A stretch of 40,000 nucleotides of DNA from an uncultured Alphaproteobacteria bacterium. Lineage in GTDB: Bacteria > Pseudomonadota > Alphaproteobacteria > Rhizobiales > Rhodomicrobiaceae. The translations under genes and the position numbers were made by a program. This document shows positions 20,203 to 32,951 of this stretch, piece by piece. Below the pieces are notes generated by a model. It had not been told where the DNA came from and made no database searches. It saw only the letters and a program-made list of their open reading frames with translations. Location: assembly GCA_963798805.1 (NCBI GenBank), contig CAWCVC010000004.1:1-40000 (forward strand). Direction: 5' to 3'. The first letter of the stretch is position 1. The number at the start of each line of letters is the position of its first letter.

Positions 20203-20838
20203 ATGGCATACTCTGTCAAAGAGATCTTTTACACATTACAGGGTGAGGGCCAGAATGCCGGCCGTCCGGCCGTTTTCTGCCGGTTCGCCGGCTGCAATCT
20301 CTGGTCTGGGCGCGAAACTGACCGCGCGAAGGCTGTTTGCACCTTTTGCGATACTGACTTCGTTGGTGTTAATGGTGAAGGCGGTGGGCGCTTCGGTACT
20401 CCTGGTGAACTTGCCGGCGCCATTGCCGTGTGCTGGCCGGTAACAAGAGATAAGCGCCGCTTTGTCGTGCTCACCGGAGGTGAGCCGTTGCTTCAGGTGG
20501 ACAGCCCGCTTATTGCGGCATTGCACGCCGAAGCGTTCGAGATTGCTATCGAAACGAACGGCACCATCGAGCCGCCACCGGGCATCGATTGGGTATGCGT
20601 CAGCCCCAAGTCTTCAGCACCCCTTGCGCTGAAATGCGGTAACGAACTCAAGTTCGTGTTTCCGCAGGCTGACACTGAGCCCGAGCACTTCGAGGGGTTA
20701 GAGTTCGATCATTTTATGCTCCAGCCCATGGACGGTCCGGCACGCGAGGTGAACACTGCAGCGGCGGTTGCCTACTGTCTTGCCCATCCTCGCTGGCGGC
20801 TTAGTCTTCAAACTCATAAACTGCTTGGAATACGATGA
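20203..20838 (+). CDS. queE: 7-carboxy-7-deazaguanine synthase QueE (radical SAM)
   Basis: EIFYTLQGEGQNAGRPAVFCRFAGCNLWSGRETDRAKAVCTFCDTDF (CX14CX2C-type cluster motif), TGGEPLLQ, LSLQTHK. Confidence 0.9.
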   Translation: MAYSVKEIFYTLQGEGQNAGRPAVFCRFAGCNLWSGRETDRAKAVCTFCDTDFVGVNGEGGGRFGTPGELAGAIAVCWPVTRDKRRFVVLTGGEPLLQVDSPLIAALHAEAFEIAIETNGTIEPPPGIDWVCVSPKSSAPLALKCGNELKFVFPQADTEPEHFEGLEFDHFMLQPMDGPAREVNTAAAVAYCLAHPRWRLSLQTHKLLGIR

Positions 20839-21188
20839 AACTTACTCAGGCATTTTCGTTCGAGGCCGCGCATCGCCTGCCGAACGTACCCGCAATCCAT
20901 CGCTGCCATCGGATGCACGGTCACTCTTATCGGGTGGAGCTTAGGATCGAGGGGCCGGTAAACCCAGAGACCGGGTTCGTCCTCGACTTCTTCGACATTG
21001 AGGCAGCCGTTGGTCCGTTACTGGAGCAACTGGACCACCACTGCCTCAACGAGGTTGATGGACTTGAGAACCCGACCGCCGAGAACATAGCGGTATGGAT
21101 TTGGACCCAAATTAAGCCAATTCTGCCGGAAACGGCGGCAGTCGTAGTTTACGAAACTCCCAATTGTTGGGCTGAATACGAAGGCTGA
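20835..21188 (+). CDS. queD: 6-carboxy-5,6,7,8-tetrahydropterin synthase QueD
   Basis: 117 aa. [24 protein letters not shown]...[13 protein letters not shown] overlap with the queE stop. Confidence 0.9.
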   Translation: MKLTQAFSFEAAHRLPNVPAIHRCHRMHGHSYRVELRIEGPVNPETGFVLDFFDIEAAVGPLLEQLDHHCLNEVDGLENPTAENIAVWIWTQIKPILPETAAVVVYETPNCWAEYEG

Positions 21189-21205
21189 AGTTGAGGGCGC
21201 AGAGC

Positions 21206-21910
21206 ATGAACGGCAAGAATGCGATGGTTCTTTTTTCAGGCGGTCAGGATTCGACAACCTGCTTAGCATGGGCACTCGACCGGTTTGACCACGTGGAGAC
21301 CATCGGATTTGATTACAGGCAGCGCCACCGCGTCGAACTTGATATGAGACCGTCCGTCCTCGACGGTCTAAGACGCAAGTTTCCAATCTGGGCAAGCAAA
21401 CTCGGCGAGGACCACCTGATTGACATGGCGGTGCTCAGCCAAGTGAGCGAAACCTCGCTTACACGTGGTGGCGAGATCGCGATGCAGGCGAATGGGCTGC
21501 CGAACACCTTCGTACCAGGGCGCAACCTGCTGTTCCTAGTCTTTGCGGGCGCGATTGCCTATCGACGCGGGGCCAAACACCTCGTTACCGGCGTGTGTGA
21601 AACAGATTACTCTGGCTACCCTGACTGTCGCGATGACACAATGAAGGCAATGCAACTCGCCCTCAATCTAGGCATGGAGACGCGCTTCACCGTTCACACA
21701 CCGCTGATGTGGATCGATAAAGCAGAGACTTGGCAGCTTGCTCGAGACCTCGGCGGTGACACTCTTGTCAATCTCATCCGCGAGGCGACTCACACCTGTT
21801 ACAATGGTGACCGAACTCACTGTCATGAATGGGGATTTGGTTGCGGGGCATGCCCGGCGTGTGAACTGCGCGCTCAGGGATGGGAACGCTTCCGAACGTC
21901 GATAAGTTGA
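21206..21910 (+). CDS. queC: 7-cyano-7-deazaguanine (preQ0) synthase QueC
   Basis: PP-loop [12 protein letters not shown] and C-terminal Zn cluster [25 protein letters not shown] 21206 with GAGGG 8 nt upstream is preferred over the TTG at 21191. Confidence 0.9.
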   Translation: MNGKNAMVLFSGGQDSTTCLAWALDRFDHVETIGFDYRQRHRVELDMRPSVLDGLRRKFPIWASKLGEDHLIDMAVLSQVSETSLTRGGEIAMQANGLPNTFVPGRNLLFLVFAGAIAYRRGAKHLVTGVCETDYSGYPDCRDDTMKAMQLALNLGMETRFTVHTPLMWIDKAETWQLARDLGGDTLVNLIREATHTCYNGDRTHCHEWGFGCGACPACELRAQGWERFRTSIS

Positions 21911-21938
21911 GGCCCGCGCCCTGAGTAGCCAAATTGCG

Positions 21939-24096
21939 CTAGCTCTCTCCGTCGCGCAAGTGGGCTTCGATGGCGCGCAAGATGCTCGAGAACCCGCGGC
22001 CCTGGGCGTAGAGCAAAGGCCGATTGGCTCGATGGTCTCGGATAAAGTCGGTTGCTGCGTGCTTGGCGGACTGCCAAGTCAGCACGAAAATGTCAGCATT
22101 CTCGGCAAGGGCTCGCAACCTTGCGCTTCCGACCTGGTCGGCGTTGCATTCAACGACCGCTGACGGCGCGATCTCCTCAATCGCCGCCTTAGCTTGTCTG
22201 CTCGACGTTTCAGTAAGTGTGTAGATAGCGATTCGCTTGCTAGCGAGCCGATCTGAATAGTGATCGCTGGGCGTCACGCTGGCGGGCAGGCCAAAGCTTG
22301 CGAACTCCCAGCCGAGTTCAACGCTCAAGCGGGATAAGGCACTGCGCTGTAGGCTGCTTAGCCTGCCATAGATTGGCGCCACCTTGGCCAGAGCAGCATG
22401 AAGAAAAGTTTCGCGTACGTCTGGAGACGACGCCCCAAAGCTAAGCAGGATTTCGATGATCTCGAGCAGCCAGTAGATCATCTCAACGCCGAAGCCTCGG
22501 CCGGCAAGCTCTTCGACATCCGAGATCAGGTCGCGATAGCTTTTCTCGTCCAATCCGGAGGCGAGCATTGCGTAGATTAGAAGTTGACTGGATTCATAAA
22601 TCCCGCGTCCTCGCGCCGAACTGAGGGCAAGCAAAGTCAGCAAATGCGAGTAAACTGGGACCACCGCGCTCCTTGGGAAAAGCGGGTCGCGTCGGAGCCA
22701 AGCCGTTATGAACGGAAGCGCATGCATCGTGCGCTCCGCCGCAAGCTCGAGACTGTTGCGCTCTGTCCAATGCGGCGACGAACCGCTGCACGACCACTGG
22801 GTCATCGAGTGCTTCACCGACTGGCCACTCGTCCATACCCTGGCGTGCGATATCTAGCGCATTGGAAAACGCAGGATCGCCGGCTTGCTCCAACCATTCC
22901 AACCAGTCGCGGGGCACACGCCCAGCCGGCAGTTCCTGCTGCAGTGCTCGCAGCAGCGTGCGAAAAGGCTCTGCCTCTCGGAGCCGACCGAAGTCGGTGG
23001 CATCCAGCTTCTCAAGGTTCGCGATCGCGCTGGCGACCGAGTCGAGACTTGACGCGGTGTCGAACTCCGTCAGAGCGTCGCGCGCTTCATCGATGGGGTT
23101 CGGTTGTACTTCGCGGATGCGGTCAACGGCCTCGAAATTAGAAGGCGCATCCACGACCTTGGTGGCGAGCCATCCAATCTGATCGTCACGGGTTGAAAGG
23201 GCATCGGTGAGATCGCGACGGCTCGGCGCAACCCAGGCTTCAAGTGCAAGGATCCGCCAGCCCCCCTGCATAAGCGTGACCGGTGCGGGCATGCCGAGCA
23301 TCGGGTGGGCAAGCGGTCTGACATGCTCTTCATAAGCTGCCCGCGTCGCATTCGCGTCACCCGAATCGAAGGCTGCTGCCAGGTGACCGCGATAAAGAGC
23401 CTCGAACAGGAGTGCGACAATCGCTGGCGGCTTACGAGCCTGGCAGAGGCTCGCAAATCCAGGCAGGTTGAGGATCGTCGGCCACTCATCGAACGCCGCG
23501 AGCAGTTGAACGTTGAGGAATTTGAGGTTGAGTGCGTCGAGCCGAAGTTCGGAGCGAAGCCGCTTCAGTAGGATCATCGCAGGCTCGCGCGCGCCGACGT
23601 TCAGATAATCTTGAAATTCAGCGAGCATCCAACTAGTCGGCTCTGGCGCGCGGCGCTGCAAAGTCGGCGCACGAGCAAGCGTACCGCGCAAGCACTCCAG
23701 GGCACGGAGTGCGGCGACCGTCCGCTTGGCTTCACTAGGCAGCCGCAAGACGGTTGCGGTGACAGGCCCAGCCTCTCGCACCAGGTCTGCAATTGGATCT
23801 TCTGCTGGTAAATTCACGGGCCGCCCGTCAAAGGAGGTGATCGTCGGTCCGGCAAATGCGACGAGTACTGGCGCGAGCCGTCGCCATTGGGCCGCAGTTG
23901 GGGCGGCCACATAGACATTAACCTCCCCCGTGTCTCGGACGGATGGGATCAGGGCGCCTGGAAAACCCGCGTCGACAACGGTCGCCAAGAGCGCCCGGCA
24001 CAGATCGGTGGCATCATGCGGAAGTCGATCGTAAGCGGCGGCGCCATGCAACCGGTCGCGAACGGCGATCGAGAGCTCTGGATCGGCTGCTATCAT
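21939..24096 (-). pseudogene. dpdD: DpdD-like protein (last gene of the - strand operon); one frameshift
   Basis: ORF 22594..24114 (N-terminal part) and ORF 21939..22817 (C-terminal part) overlap by 224 nt in different frames. Sense appears to switch near 22745-22760: ...FVAALDRAQQS then LELAAERTMHALPFITAWL. The C-terminus IAIYTLTE...ADIFVLTWQSAKHAATDFI...PLLYAQGRGFSSILRAI is DUF2325-like. ATG 24096 is preferred because GGAGGAG lies 8 nt upstream and it forms an ATGA overlap with the dpdK stop. The name is assigned by elimination and position. Confidence 0.55.
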
Positions 24097-24620
24097 CTCA
24101 GCAACTCCTCCCATTGCAACTCAAGCTGAATGCTTTGCTCTGCGATCGCGGCAGGATCAGTCCGAAGGACCAGATGCTCTCCGTTTACGGAAATGCCGTT
24201 CAAGGTCAGGTTCATGGAGCCGCTAAGGAAATAATCGGCACCAAGCAGGCCTTTGGCATGGAAGCTCTTTTCGATCGTCCATTTGAGGAGATCACCATGG
24301 CGCGCCTTAAGCGCCTTCAACCGAGCGACGAAGTAGTCGTTGTGACCATCCTCGCGAATAATGAGTCGAATGGCAGCGCCTCGAATAAGCAGTGCACGGA
24401 GGACGTGTGACAGGCGAATGGAAGCGGCCGGCCAATCCGGCTCCAGCGCCGCAAACTGGCGCGCCGAGTTGTCGAGGATCTCAATGTCCGAGATCCAGGC
24501 GAAGAACAGCCACAATTTGGGGCTAGGGCAGATCAACTCGGCTGCCAATAGGGTCTGGAGGAGATCGCGGACAGCCCGTGACTGCGCCGGTCCGTGGAGG
24601 TCGCGAGAGGGCGAAGCCAT
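24093..24620 (-). CDS. dpdK: PLD/HKD-family nuclease-like protein, DpdK-like
   Basis: 175 aa from ATG 24620, which overlaps the upstream stop (TGATG). HKD-type motif FHAKGLLGADYFLSGSMNLTLNG. The longer listed ORF (to 24833) would overlap dpdJ by more than 200 nt. Confidence 0.75.
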   Translation of the reverse strand: MASPSRDLHGPAQSRAVRDLLQTLLAAELICPSPKLWLFFAWISDIEILDNSARQFAALEPDWPAASIRLSHVLRALLIRGAAIRLIIREDGHNDYFVARLKALKARHGDLLKWTIEKSFHAKGLLGADYFLSGSMNLTLNGISVNGEHLVLRTDPAAIAEQSIQLELQWEELLR

Positions 24621-27600
24621 CAGACCTGCTCCCTTAAAGCAAGCGTCGCGAGCATATTCCCCTCGGCACGCTCCATCCGCTCGACCGCTGGAAAGAACTG
24701 AAGGAAACCAACATCGACTGGAGTAGCTGCCAGCCTCACTAATATATGGCGAAGGCCGGCTGCCGCGCTGGCCGTAGCACGCAAGCGGCAAACACCATGC
24801 GCTTCGAAGGCCGTCTGAAGCTGCATTTCCCAATCTGGATCCTCGAGATCAACCGTCGTGATTGAACCGGTGAGCAGCAAATGCCCTACAAGCCCAGGAT
24901 CGGTGGTTCGGGCTTGCCGATAAGGATGGTAGGCGTGAAGGACCTTCTGCCGAAGCTCGGCCTCTCGGGGCCAGAGCAATGTCATAAGAGCAGCATTGAT
25001 CGTCACATGATCAATGGCCGCCGCAGGGACTGTCGCCGACAAGAAACTCCGGACCGCAGGGGCGATCAGTCGATCCTTGCTGCAGATGAAGGCGAACTCA
25101 CGAAGGCCGATCGACAGCCCGAACTCGGCCTCGAGTGCGTCCCAGCGCTCCTGAAGCATGCGAAGCAACTGATCGAGTTCAGGTCCTGAGCCCGAGCGGA
25201 GCAGGCGCGTGTTGAGGGAGACGGTGAAGGCGTGACTGAGGTCGATCGAGCCTCTGGATGCGAGGATGGGCGATAGCTCATGCCAGTGGATCGCGCGCTC
25301 GGCATGTGAACTGGTCGAGCGAAGCTTGGCAAGGAGGCCGGCGATCTTGGTGTCAGTCTGTGCGAGGCTCAACACTTCGCGGAGGCTGCCATCGACCAGT
25401 TCGAGGTCCGTTGGAGCCAGCGCTGCCTCCAACGCGCTGAAGAATAGCCGCGGCTCGGCAGCGAAGCTTTCGGCAAATGCCTGTAGGACGCCAGCACCGC
25501 CAACGGTCAATTCGGTGATCCAGACGCGCGCAATGTCGGCCTGGGGCACCTGGTGAATGTCGACCAGTAGGGTGTCGACGGTCGCATGGCGAGGGGCAGC
25601 TACGGCGCAGGCCTGAAGCATCGCTTCCCCGAGCGTTTCGAGGACGGTTCGCCGCAGCCACGCACCGAAAGCCTCCTGATCTGGATTTGAGAGCTGCGCC
25701 GCAGTTGCGCGCAGCGCGTCGCGAACGACGGCCCGACCGAGTTGGACTGCAAGCGACTGTTGCAAACGACTTGAGCCTTGCGGACCCGACGCTCGCGCCT
25801 GGAGAGGGGGCGCATTGTCTGTATCGTCAGCCTCGTCTCCGTTCGCCTCCTCATCATCTGGGAGAGGCGGCGGCAATGCGCCGAAAATCTCGTTCATCGC
25901 GCTCTGGAGCGTTGCATGGAGATGCGGCTCCGCAAGTAGATCGGCCGCTACGGCGCCAATGGATCGGCTGCTCGCTACGGCGTCGGACAGGAGCGCCGAG
26001 ACAAGAATCTGGAAGAGCCAGTCGCGCTGAAAGCTGTTCAAATCTTCAGGCAGCGAGGTGTCCGTCAGAAACCGGTCACGCGCATGAGCCAGCTTGCTGC
26101 TCGCCAAGAGCCGCGGCGGCAGCCCACTCTCGATGAGACGGCCCGCGGCCGGAAGCTCAAGATCAATATAGAAACCGTCGAACTCCCAGCTCGAAGCCGA
26201 GCGCCGCACGCCGACCGTCATCGCTCCTGAAATGAAGCGTGACTGGAAAGTCGTCCTGAAGCGTGCGGATATTCGCATTCACGGTCGGAGCGAAGCGCCT
26301 GACGCTGACGCTCGCCCGAAACCGGTGCAGGTGGAAGCCGACCGCCTTAACATACGTGTGCCATCGCGTCCGGGGCGGCACGCGTACAATCAGAGGATCT
26401 CCGTTCGGCTCGATATCAGTCCGCCAACTCAGGTGCGCATTGCTGCTGGGGAGTGCGTCGGTGCGCGCAGCGCGCTGAAGGCGCACTTGCCATGGCCTGA
26501 AGACGAGCAGCGGATCTTCCTCTGCGTCATCATTGCAGCGCGCTAGGAAGCTGCCGACAAACTCATTCTCCTCAGCATAATCGCTGATGCGTAGCTGTTG
26601 GATGGGCATTGACGGGTCAACCGGCACCCAGTGCGACAATCCTCCTCGTTCAAAGGCGAAACGCCGTGTCACACGCCCAGGCGCCAGCTGATTGAGAGCT
26701 TGCAATATCGGCACCATCTCAACCCGCTCCTCGTAGTGAACAGTGGCAGGCGGAATGATGACCCGGACTTCAGGAAGGTTCAGGTCGCTAAAGAGGGTCC
26801 GCGGCACAAAGTCAGGTAGCGGGTGGTAATCGATCTGGAGATCAAATTCGCGCGCGCCATCTGGGAAAGCGAGTTGCCAATGTCGGAATAGACGGCGGAC
26901 GAGGGTCGGGACTGCTTCCAAGAGGAGCGAGCGGGGCGCTTCCCATAAAAGCATGTCGACCGTTTGTGTATCGAGCGCGAGTGCACCTTCAAGATAGGTT
27001 CGCAAGTTGCATAGCGCTGCCTCGTCACCCTGGATAACTTGGGTCAGCAGTTTTTTCGCGGCCTCAATGACCAACTTTTCCGGTGCCGACGGATTTGGCA
27101 CTGGCCGGCTCAGAAAATTCCAGAACCAGCTCTTCTCGAATCCAGCAGTCCGGGCAGCTAGCCAATCGATCAATGCAAAGACAGCCTGGATCTTCAGGAC
27201 ATAGGGGTTATGAATAGGGAGGTGCTGCGGTTCGAGCGTTGGATCGAACAGGTGCTCGTAGGCCTGATAGAAGCTGCGGTCACGTCCATAATCGGAAAGC
27301 ACGGTAAGCGTGATGGGGCGCATCCGCCGATCCCGTCCCGCACGGCCCTTGCGTTGCAGGAAAGACGCCATTCCGCGCGGCGCCTTGTGTTGGATGACGG
27401 CACCAACCTCAGGATCGTTAAATCCGACCTCGAGGGCGGCGGTCGCGACGACGATGTTGGCGCTCTGGTTGACCCCCGCGTCCTGCGATGTGGTACGACC
27501 AACCACTAGACGGCGATTGAGCGGGTGGCCAATTTCTTCGCATAGTTTCCAGCGTTGACCTTCGAGGTCGCGTAGAGCAGCGTCAGGGCCTGCACTTCTC

Positions 27601-29189
27601 AAGTTGGCAAGCGGATCGCGCTGCTGATCGGCTTTGCCGAAGATAGTATAAGCTTCAGCATCCTTGAGATCATCATAGAGACGGTTGGTGACGTCGAGAT
27701 CGTCGGTGAAAAGGAAAGCCCGACTGCCGAAAGCGCCCATCGAGACTGGCTGGCCAGGTGGATCGAGGGTGCGTGGCAACAGCATCGATGATTGAATTGT
27801 CGTCGAGAGCAGCGAAGCGCGCGATGTAGGGTCGCCGCGAAGCAGAATTTGATATTCGGCTCCTTCTTCCTCATACTCGTCCGCTGCGGGTGTGATCTCG
27901 ACGACTTGGTCCGGGGCCGCACCGGTCAAGTCGGCGAAGAAGCGTGTCGCGTCGCCAAGCGTGGCCGAAAGACCAGCCCAATGGATCGGGACACCGAGAA
28001 GATGACGCCAGCGGCGGAGCGTTAGCGCCACCTGTGCACCGGCTGTGCCTTCGTAGGTGTGGACCTCGTCGAGCAGTGCAAAAATGGGCTTTCTTTTCGA
28101 AGCGGTTCCAACGCCGAAGAGCCCTCGCATCCATTGATCGGAAAGACGTTGGTTCAGGATTTCGGTTGTCGTAAATAGGATGTCTGGTGGCTCCTCCTGT
28201 ATTCGTTGCCGCGTGAGCAGCAAATGGTCATCGGAGATGACCTCGCCACATCCAGGACGAATGCAAGTGAGCCGCTCGCGCGCAGTTTCTAGGTCTGTGG
28301 CGCGCCACGCAAGGTCGGCGTCGCATGTTGGACAGCGGAGCCACGGGCATACAAAATCCGGGCCTCGCGAACGCCATTCACGCCGGACAAGCTCGTCTCG
28401 GTTCGCCGATCTCGGCGTTCCCTTGAACAGCGCACCTATACGGAGCGCTCTCCGGCCGTGTTCACGGAGTGGCGCATCAATCCCACGAGCCATGCGGTAC
28501 GCTTCGGCGAACTGGTCTTTCAGCAATTCAATGCGCGGGTAGATCGCAATCGCTTTGACGAAATGGGTGGCCGAAATGGCTTCACCAATCCTTATCATCG
28601 CGGGGAGGTAGAACCCAATCGTCTTGCCACTGCCGGTACCGGCGGTCACTATCGTGCCACCGTCGGGGCCGGGCTCTGCAAGTCGGAGCAGTGCGCGCTC
28701 CTGAAAGGCTGCAAACTTCATCCCCGGGCGAGAAGTGAGCGCGTCCCAAAGCGCCTTACGCACTGCGGTCGGTACAATGATTGCACTTGCGTCGGTGACT
28801 ATGTCGGCGGGGATACGATCGCGGCGGGGGAAGCGGCGCGGTCGGCGGTCGACCCTGAAATCGGCGACCAGACGGGGTGCGCTCTGCCAAGGCTTGTTGG
28901 AGAACAACTGACGCGAGGCGACCAGCAACCGCATCATCTCTGCAAAGCGTGATCGAATCCGGACGCCGCCGTCCACCGACCTGATTTCGAAGATCAGCTT
29001 TGCTTCGATCAGTTCTTCGACAAGATCGTAGCCTCGGCCGTCGCCGCTGATTTGATCGGCCAGGCCGAATGTTTCATCCTCGCTGAGCGAGCCCTCCGTG
29101 TAGCCCCATTCCAGCGACCGCATCTCAGTCGCCTCGATGCGATCGAGCAACTGGAGGGCCTTCGATGTAGGTTCCATCGGCATGGTCAA
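24620..29189 (-). pseudogene. dpdJ: Large DEAD/DEAH (DEVH) helicase, DpdJ-like; one frameshift
   Basis: ORF 26163..29189 has TAGTGSGKT (Walker A), LLDEVHTYEG, LSATLG, QRKGRAGR and an inserted Cys-rich ribbon (CPWLRCPTCD...CIRPGCG). ORF 24620..26278 overlaps it by 116 nt. Sense joins near 26180-26195: ...RAALGFELG then (E)FDGFYIDLELPAAG. Combined length is about 1520 aa. Confidence 0.7.
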
Positions 29190-29896
29190 ATTCGGATTCG
29201 GAAGGCGCCAAGGAGATTGCGCTGAGTGAGCCAGTTATGCACCTCGTCAGTTAAGCTGTCGAGCGGAGCCCCTTCGGCGGCGCAAACTTTCAGGAACCTG
29301 ATCACCGAGTCCGGGACGCCGTCGGCTGTCAATTCCTCCCACGCGGATCGATGGGCGGCGACGAACTCCTTCAGCCGCAAAACGCTCGCTTGTGGATCCG
29401 CCGGGATCGTCGAGGCGAGTGTTGCGATCTCCGACCTGTACTGGCGCATCCGCGCGATGATTGGCTTGAACTGTGGAATGGCAGCTAAGGCCTTCAATAT
29501 CTCTTCCGAATATCCATCGCTGTGGGCACTAGTGTACGCGCGCCATGATTCCAGCATCGCCTTTTCAGCAGCGTCATGAATGGCGATAAGTCGCGCGGTG
29601 AACTTATGTTTGAGATCGAAAGGCGGATCAGTAAGGACATGCGGGTTGGCCTGAACTGCGGCCCGAAGAGTGCGCGCACGCTCAGCGAGCGTTGCACCCT
29701 CGATAGGCACAAACGCAACAGGCACGCCAGCGCTCCGAAGTCTTCCAAGCAGATCGCGCGTGCGCTCGAACTGAGTTGCGATTTTGCTGAACTGGGTTGC
29801 CCGAGTCTCGAAGAAGGCCGCTTCTTCGGCTGTACCCTTTAGTTGATTATATTGGGCGATTCTTGTGGAGAGTCCGGCCGCGCGCTCAAGCAGCAT
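29186..29896 (-). CDS. dpdI: DpdI-like small protein (assigned by position)
   Basis: 236 aa from ATG 29896, with GAGGAGG 6 nt upstream and an 11-nt overlap with the dpdH end. Predicted helical, no motif recognised. It sits between the P-loop protein and the DEVH helicase, as dpdI does. Confidence 0.5.
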   Translation of the reverse strand: MLLERAAGLSTRIAQYNQLKGTAEEAAFFETRATQFSKIATQFERTRDLLGRLRSAGVPVAFVPIEGATLAERARTLRAAVQANPHVLTDPPFDLKHKFTARLIAIHDAAEKAMLESWRAYTSAHSDGYSEEILKALAAIPQFKPIIARMRQYRSEIATLASTIPADPQASVLRLKEFVAAHRSAWEELTADGVPDSVIRFLKVCAAEGAPLDSLTDEVHNWLTQRNLLGAFRIRI

Positions 29897-32800
29897 GGGC
29901 GGCCTCCTCAATCTCCAACATCATAGCCCCTAAATCCGCCTCGATCCGCTCGAGGGCGCGGTCAATCCTTTCGATACTTGCGGCCGTTGCCGCGTGCTGA
30001 GCACCATGGTCGGCACTAAAAGCACTTAGATTTCGGTCGACGGCATCCAGGAATGTTGTTGCCAATTGCCTGAGTTCGTCGCCAGCGATAACCGCAGCCC
30101 GCCGTCCTCGGCCGAAGTGTGGCAATGCCGAGAGCGGATCCTCTACCTTGGAGATTGCCCGCGCAGCCGCGATCGCATCGTCAAACTGAACAGACTGGAA
30201 GCGTTCCAGAGCCTCGGCAAGCGGCCTCGACGTTCCACCGACTGCAATACCAGCCTGGTCTGCTGCCTCGTGTGCCTTTGACAGAGTGGTGATGATTGTC
30301 GCACGAGTCGCCCCCGCGCCGAACGCTTCTTCCAGGTCGGACAGCCACTGACGCCTAGCATTCCACTCAGCGACCGCCCCAGTCTCAAGCGCTGCCTGCA
30401 CCTCCTTGTAGAGTTTTGAAAGTGCCAGGAACTCCGAATGCCTTTCATCACCGGATGGCGTCAGCGTCAGCCGCCACTTCGCATGCCGAAACGCACGGAC
30501 GCCCGCGATGAAGCGGTCGGGGTTGAGCATCGCGCCTACGCGCCCGCCTTTCATGCTCGAAATTTGCGCGCGCGCAATCGCGCTGAGCTTGTCACGATAC
30601 TTCAGGAGCTTGTCATAAATGGCCTTGAGTTCGGGTGCACTCGCCTGACTTTCGAGCGGCCAAGCGCTGAAAGCGCCGTCGATCATTTCGGCAATTCGCG
30701 CTTCCGGCTTGATCTTGTTCCCAATTGCGGCGCCGATGTACAGCAACTGCAGGGCGGCCATGGACTGAGACCATTCGGGGGAGGGGCCGCACAGCGCTCG
30801 AAGCTGTCTCTCGACCTCCTTCGCCCAGGCATCTACGCAATCGAGAAAGGCCGTAAGCATGCGATCGCCCCCCTCGAAATCCCAGCGGAAGCCCGCTTTA
30901 CTCGCTCGGATCAGGCCTTGAAGCGCGGCACCGGTCCGAATTGGATCGGCATGTGGGCCGGGTATGCGGAGCTGAACCGGTAGATGGGTTTGGATTTGCG
31001 TTGTCTGACGATCAAAACTGACGCTGTTCGTCTGGAACGCTTTGCCCGTCTTGCCAACGAACGAACTACGCTCGAGCCCCAGCATGTCCCAATCGATCGC
31101 ATCCGCGACGGCGATGAAGGTCAAGTTCCGCAAAGTTGTCGCAACCGTTTGATCGAGACCGCTGCCCTTGATCCAAGCCTCGATCGCAACGTCTTCACGA
31201 CTAGCTGCCTTCGCTTTCGGCTGAGGAACTCGCTCGTCGGCAAGTTCTGTATTACCTTCCGCCGCAGTACCGACACCGGGTATCTCCGGGATCGAGAAAG
31301 TATCCCGCAATTCGGCCGGTAGATTCTCGATCTTGCCCGACCCGTCATAGAGCTCGAGCGCAGCAATCCACCGTTCCTCTGCCTGTGGATTGGCGCTCTT
31401 GAGCCGATTGCGAGCGGCGAGGTTGAGGGTGCGCGGCGGGTTGGGAGCGCGAGGGGCTTCAAGCTTCTCGAGAAGACGATAGGGCGGAAATTCCCCGGCC
31501 TGGATCGAGCTCGCATAGGTGTCGAGTACCTCGACCAGCACGCTGTTTTGAAGAATTCGCGGATTGAGGCCCTCCGGCATTGCAAGGTCCGCTCAACTCG
31601 CCGCATTCCAAAGCGCTGTCCGAGTGAAGGGGTAGAGGCCGTAACCATCGATGGCCCCGAACGTCTGATGACATCCGCTGTTGTGAGGGCAGCTTTTGCA
31701 CTTTGACGGCGCATGCTCCCCAGGTTCCGCTGTATCGCTCCACTGCTCGATCCGCTCGAGTCCCAACCGAGCGGCATTCAGGTAACGCGAGGCGAACGTG
31801 CTCAAGGAGGTGGCAGTCACGCGACTGCCGTCTGCCCGTCCCGCAGATCGGTCCATATCGATGATGTGGGTCGTCCGCATATAAGCGGTTTCGGCGACAC
31901 TCTCGAAGAAACCCGTGGTGACAGCTATCGCCGAGCGGATCTTGCATTGATCGTCGTCTCCATGTGCCGTAATCGCCTGGAGAAGTGCGCGGTCGATGCC
32001 CTGGAGGCGTGCAAACTCCTCAACCAGAAGAACCAACTCCTTGCGTTGACTCTTCAGATGCGCCCGTAACCGCGCCATCAGTTCCTCGACGCGGTCACCC
32101 GAGAAGCTCAATGTGCGCGCCACCGCCTTGTCGAGGTTGCGGTTGATGATCTGGACCGCAAGTGGTTGGGACACGCCCGGCTCAAGCTCGATGACGTGCA
32201 TCGCATCGCGGGCATGTTTCGATGCATGGACGAAATCAAAACCACCCAGCGGCAAGTCTTGCTCGACGAACTGGCGGCGTCTATCGGGCCGATCCTTGGC
32301 ATTGGAAGCCGCGAAGATATGGTCAACGATGTCGGCAATGATCGTGCCATCGCGCAGGAAATGCTCCTGCCGCATATGAGGATCTTGAAATAGGTGCGGC
32401 AGTTGCTTGACTAGCTCTGCCTCAAGCTCATCTGCTTCTTCGGGAACATACTCCTCACGGATCGCGAATGCGAGGTCATTGAGAAGCTGTTGTTTCTGCC
32501 CGTCGCGAGTAGCCGTACTCTCACCGGCACGATTGAGAATGTCGAGAAAGCCTTGTTGCTCGGAAGCCGGCAACTGATGGATGATCATCTTGACGATGGT
32601 GCGAAGGCTTGTCCCCGACTTCTTGACGACTAGCACCATACGCTTCTCGTCGGGCCTCATGTTGAGGCGCATCCAGTGGACAAGGTGTGACTTGCCAGAA
32701 CCCGTCGAGCCGAGGATCGCAGCGAGAACGTGCGGCCGATCCTCACGCAGAAAATCTTCGAGGAATACAGCTGGCGTCATCTGTTCGTAAGATGCCCCAC

Positions 32801-32951
32801 TGATCTCCTGGAAGGATTTCCCCATCGGGGCGCTGACCTGGAGCGCCCAGTCGCTGTGAACTGCCCGGAATAAACTATCAGGGATATGTTCAGCGAATGG
32901 ATTGATGACGCGGCGGGCTTCTTTCGGGTCCCAGCAGAGATATTTGCGCAT
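29886..32951 (-). pseudogene. dpdH: P-loop NTPase of about 1020 aa, DpdH-like; split by an in-frame TGA
   Basis: ORFs 31593..32951 (Walker A GSTGSGKSH; LVLLVEEF Walker-B-like) and 29886..31580 share one frame. They are separated by TGA 31593-31595 plus 4 codons: ...TALWNAAS * ADLA MPEGLNP... No obvious SD precedes ATG 31580. The alternative is two naturally separate genes. Confidence 0.55.

Noticed and set aside
31560-31595. TGA in dpdH as a selenocysteine or programmed read-through codon.
   Set aside because: I saw no convincing SECIS-like hairpin immediately downstream (only a 4-bp stem), and nothing suggests a redox-active Cys/Sec position. A nonsense mutation or a natural gene split is simpler.
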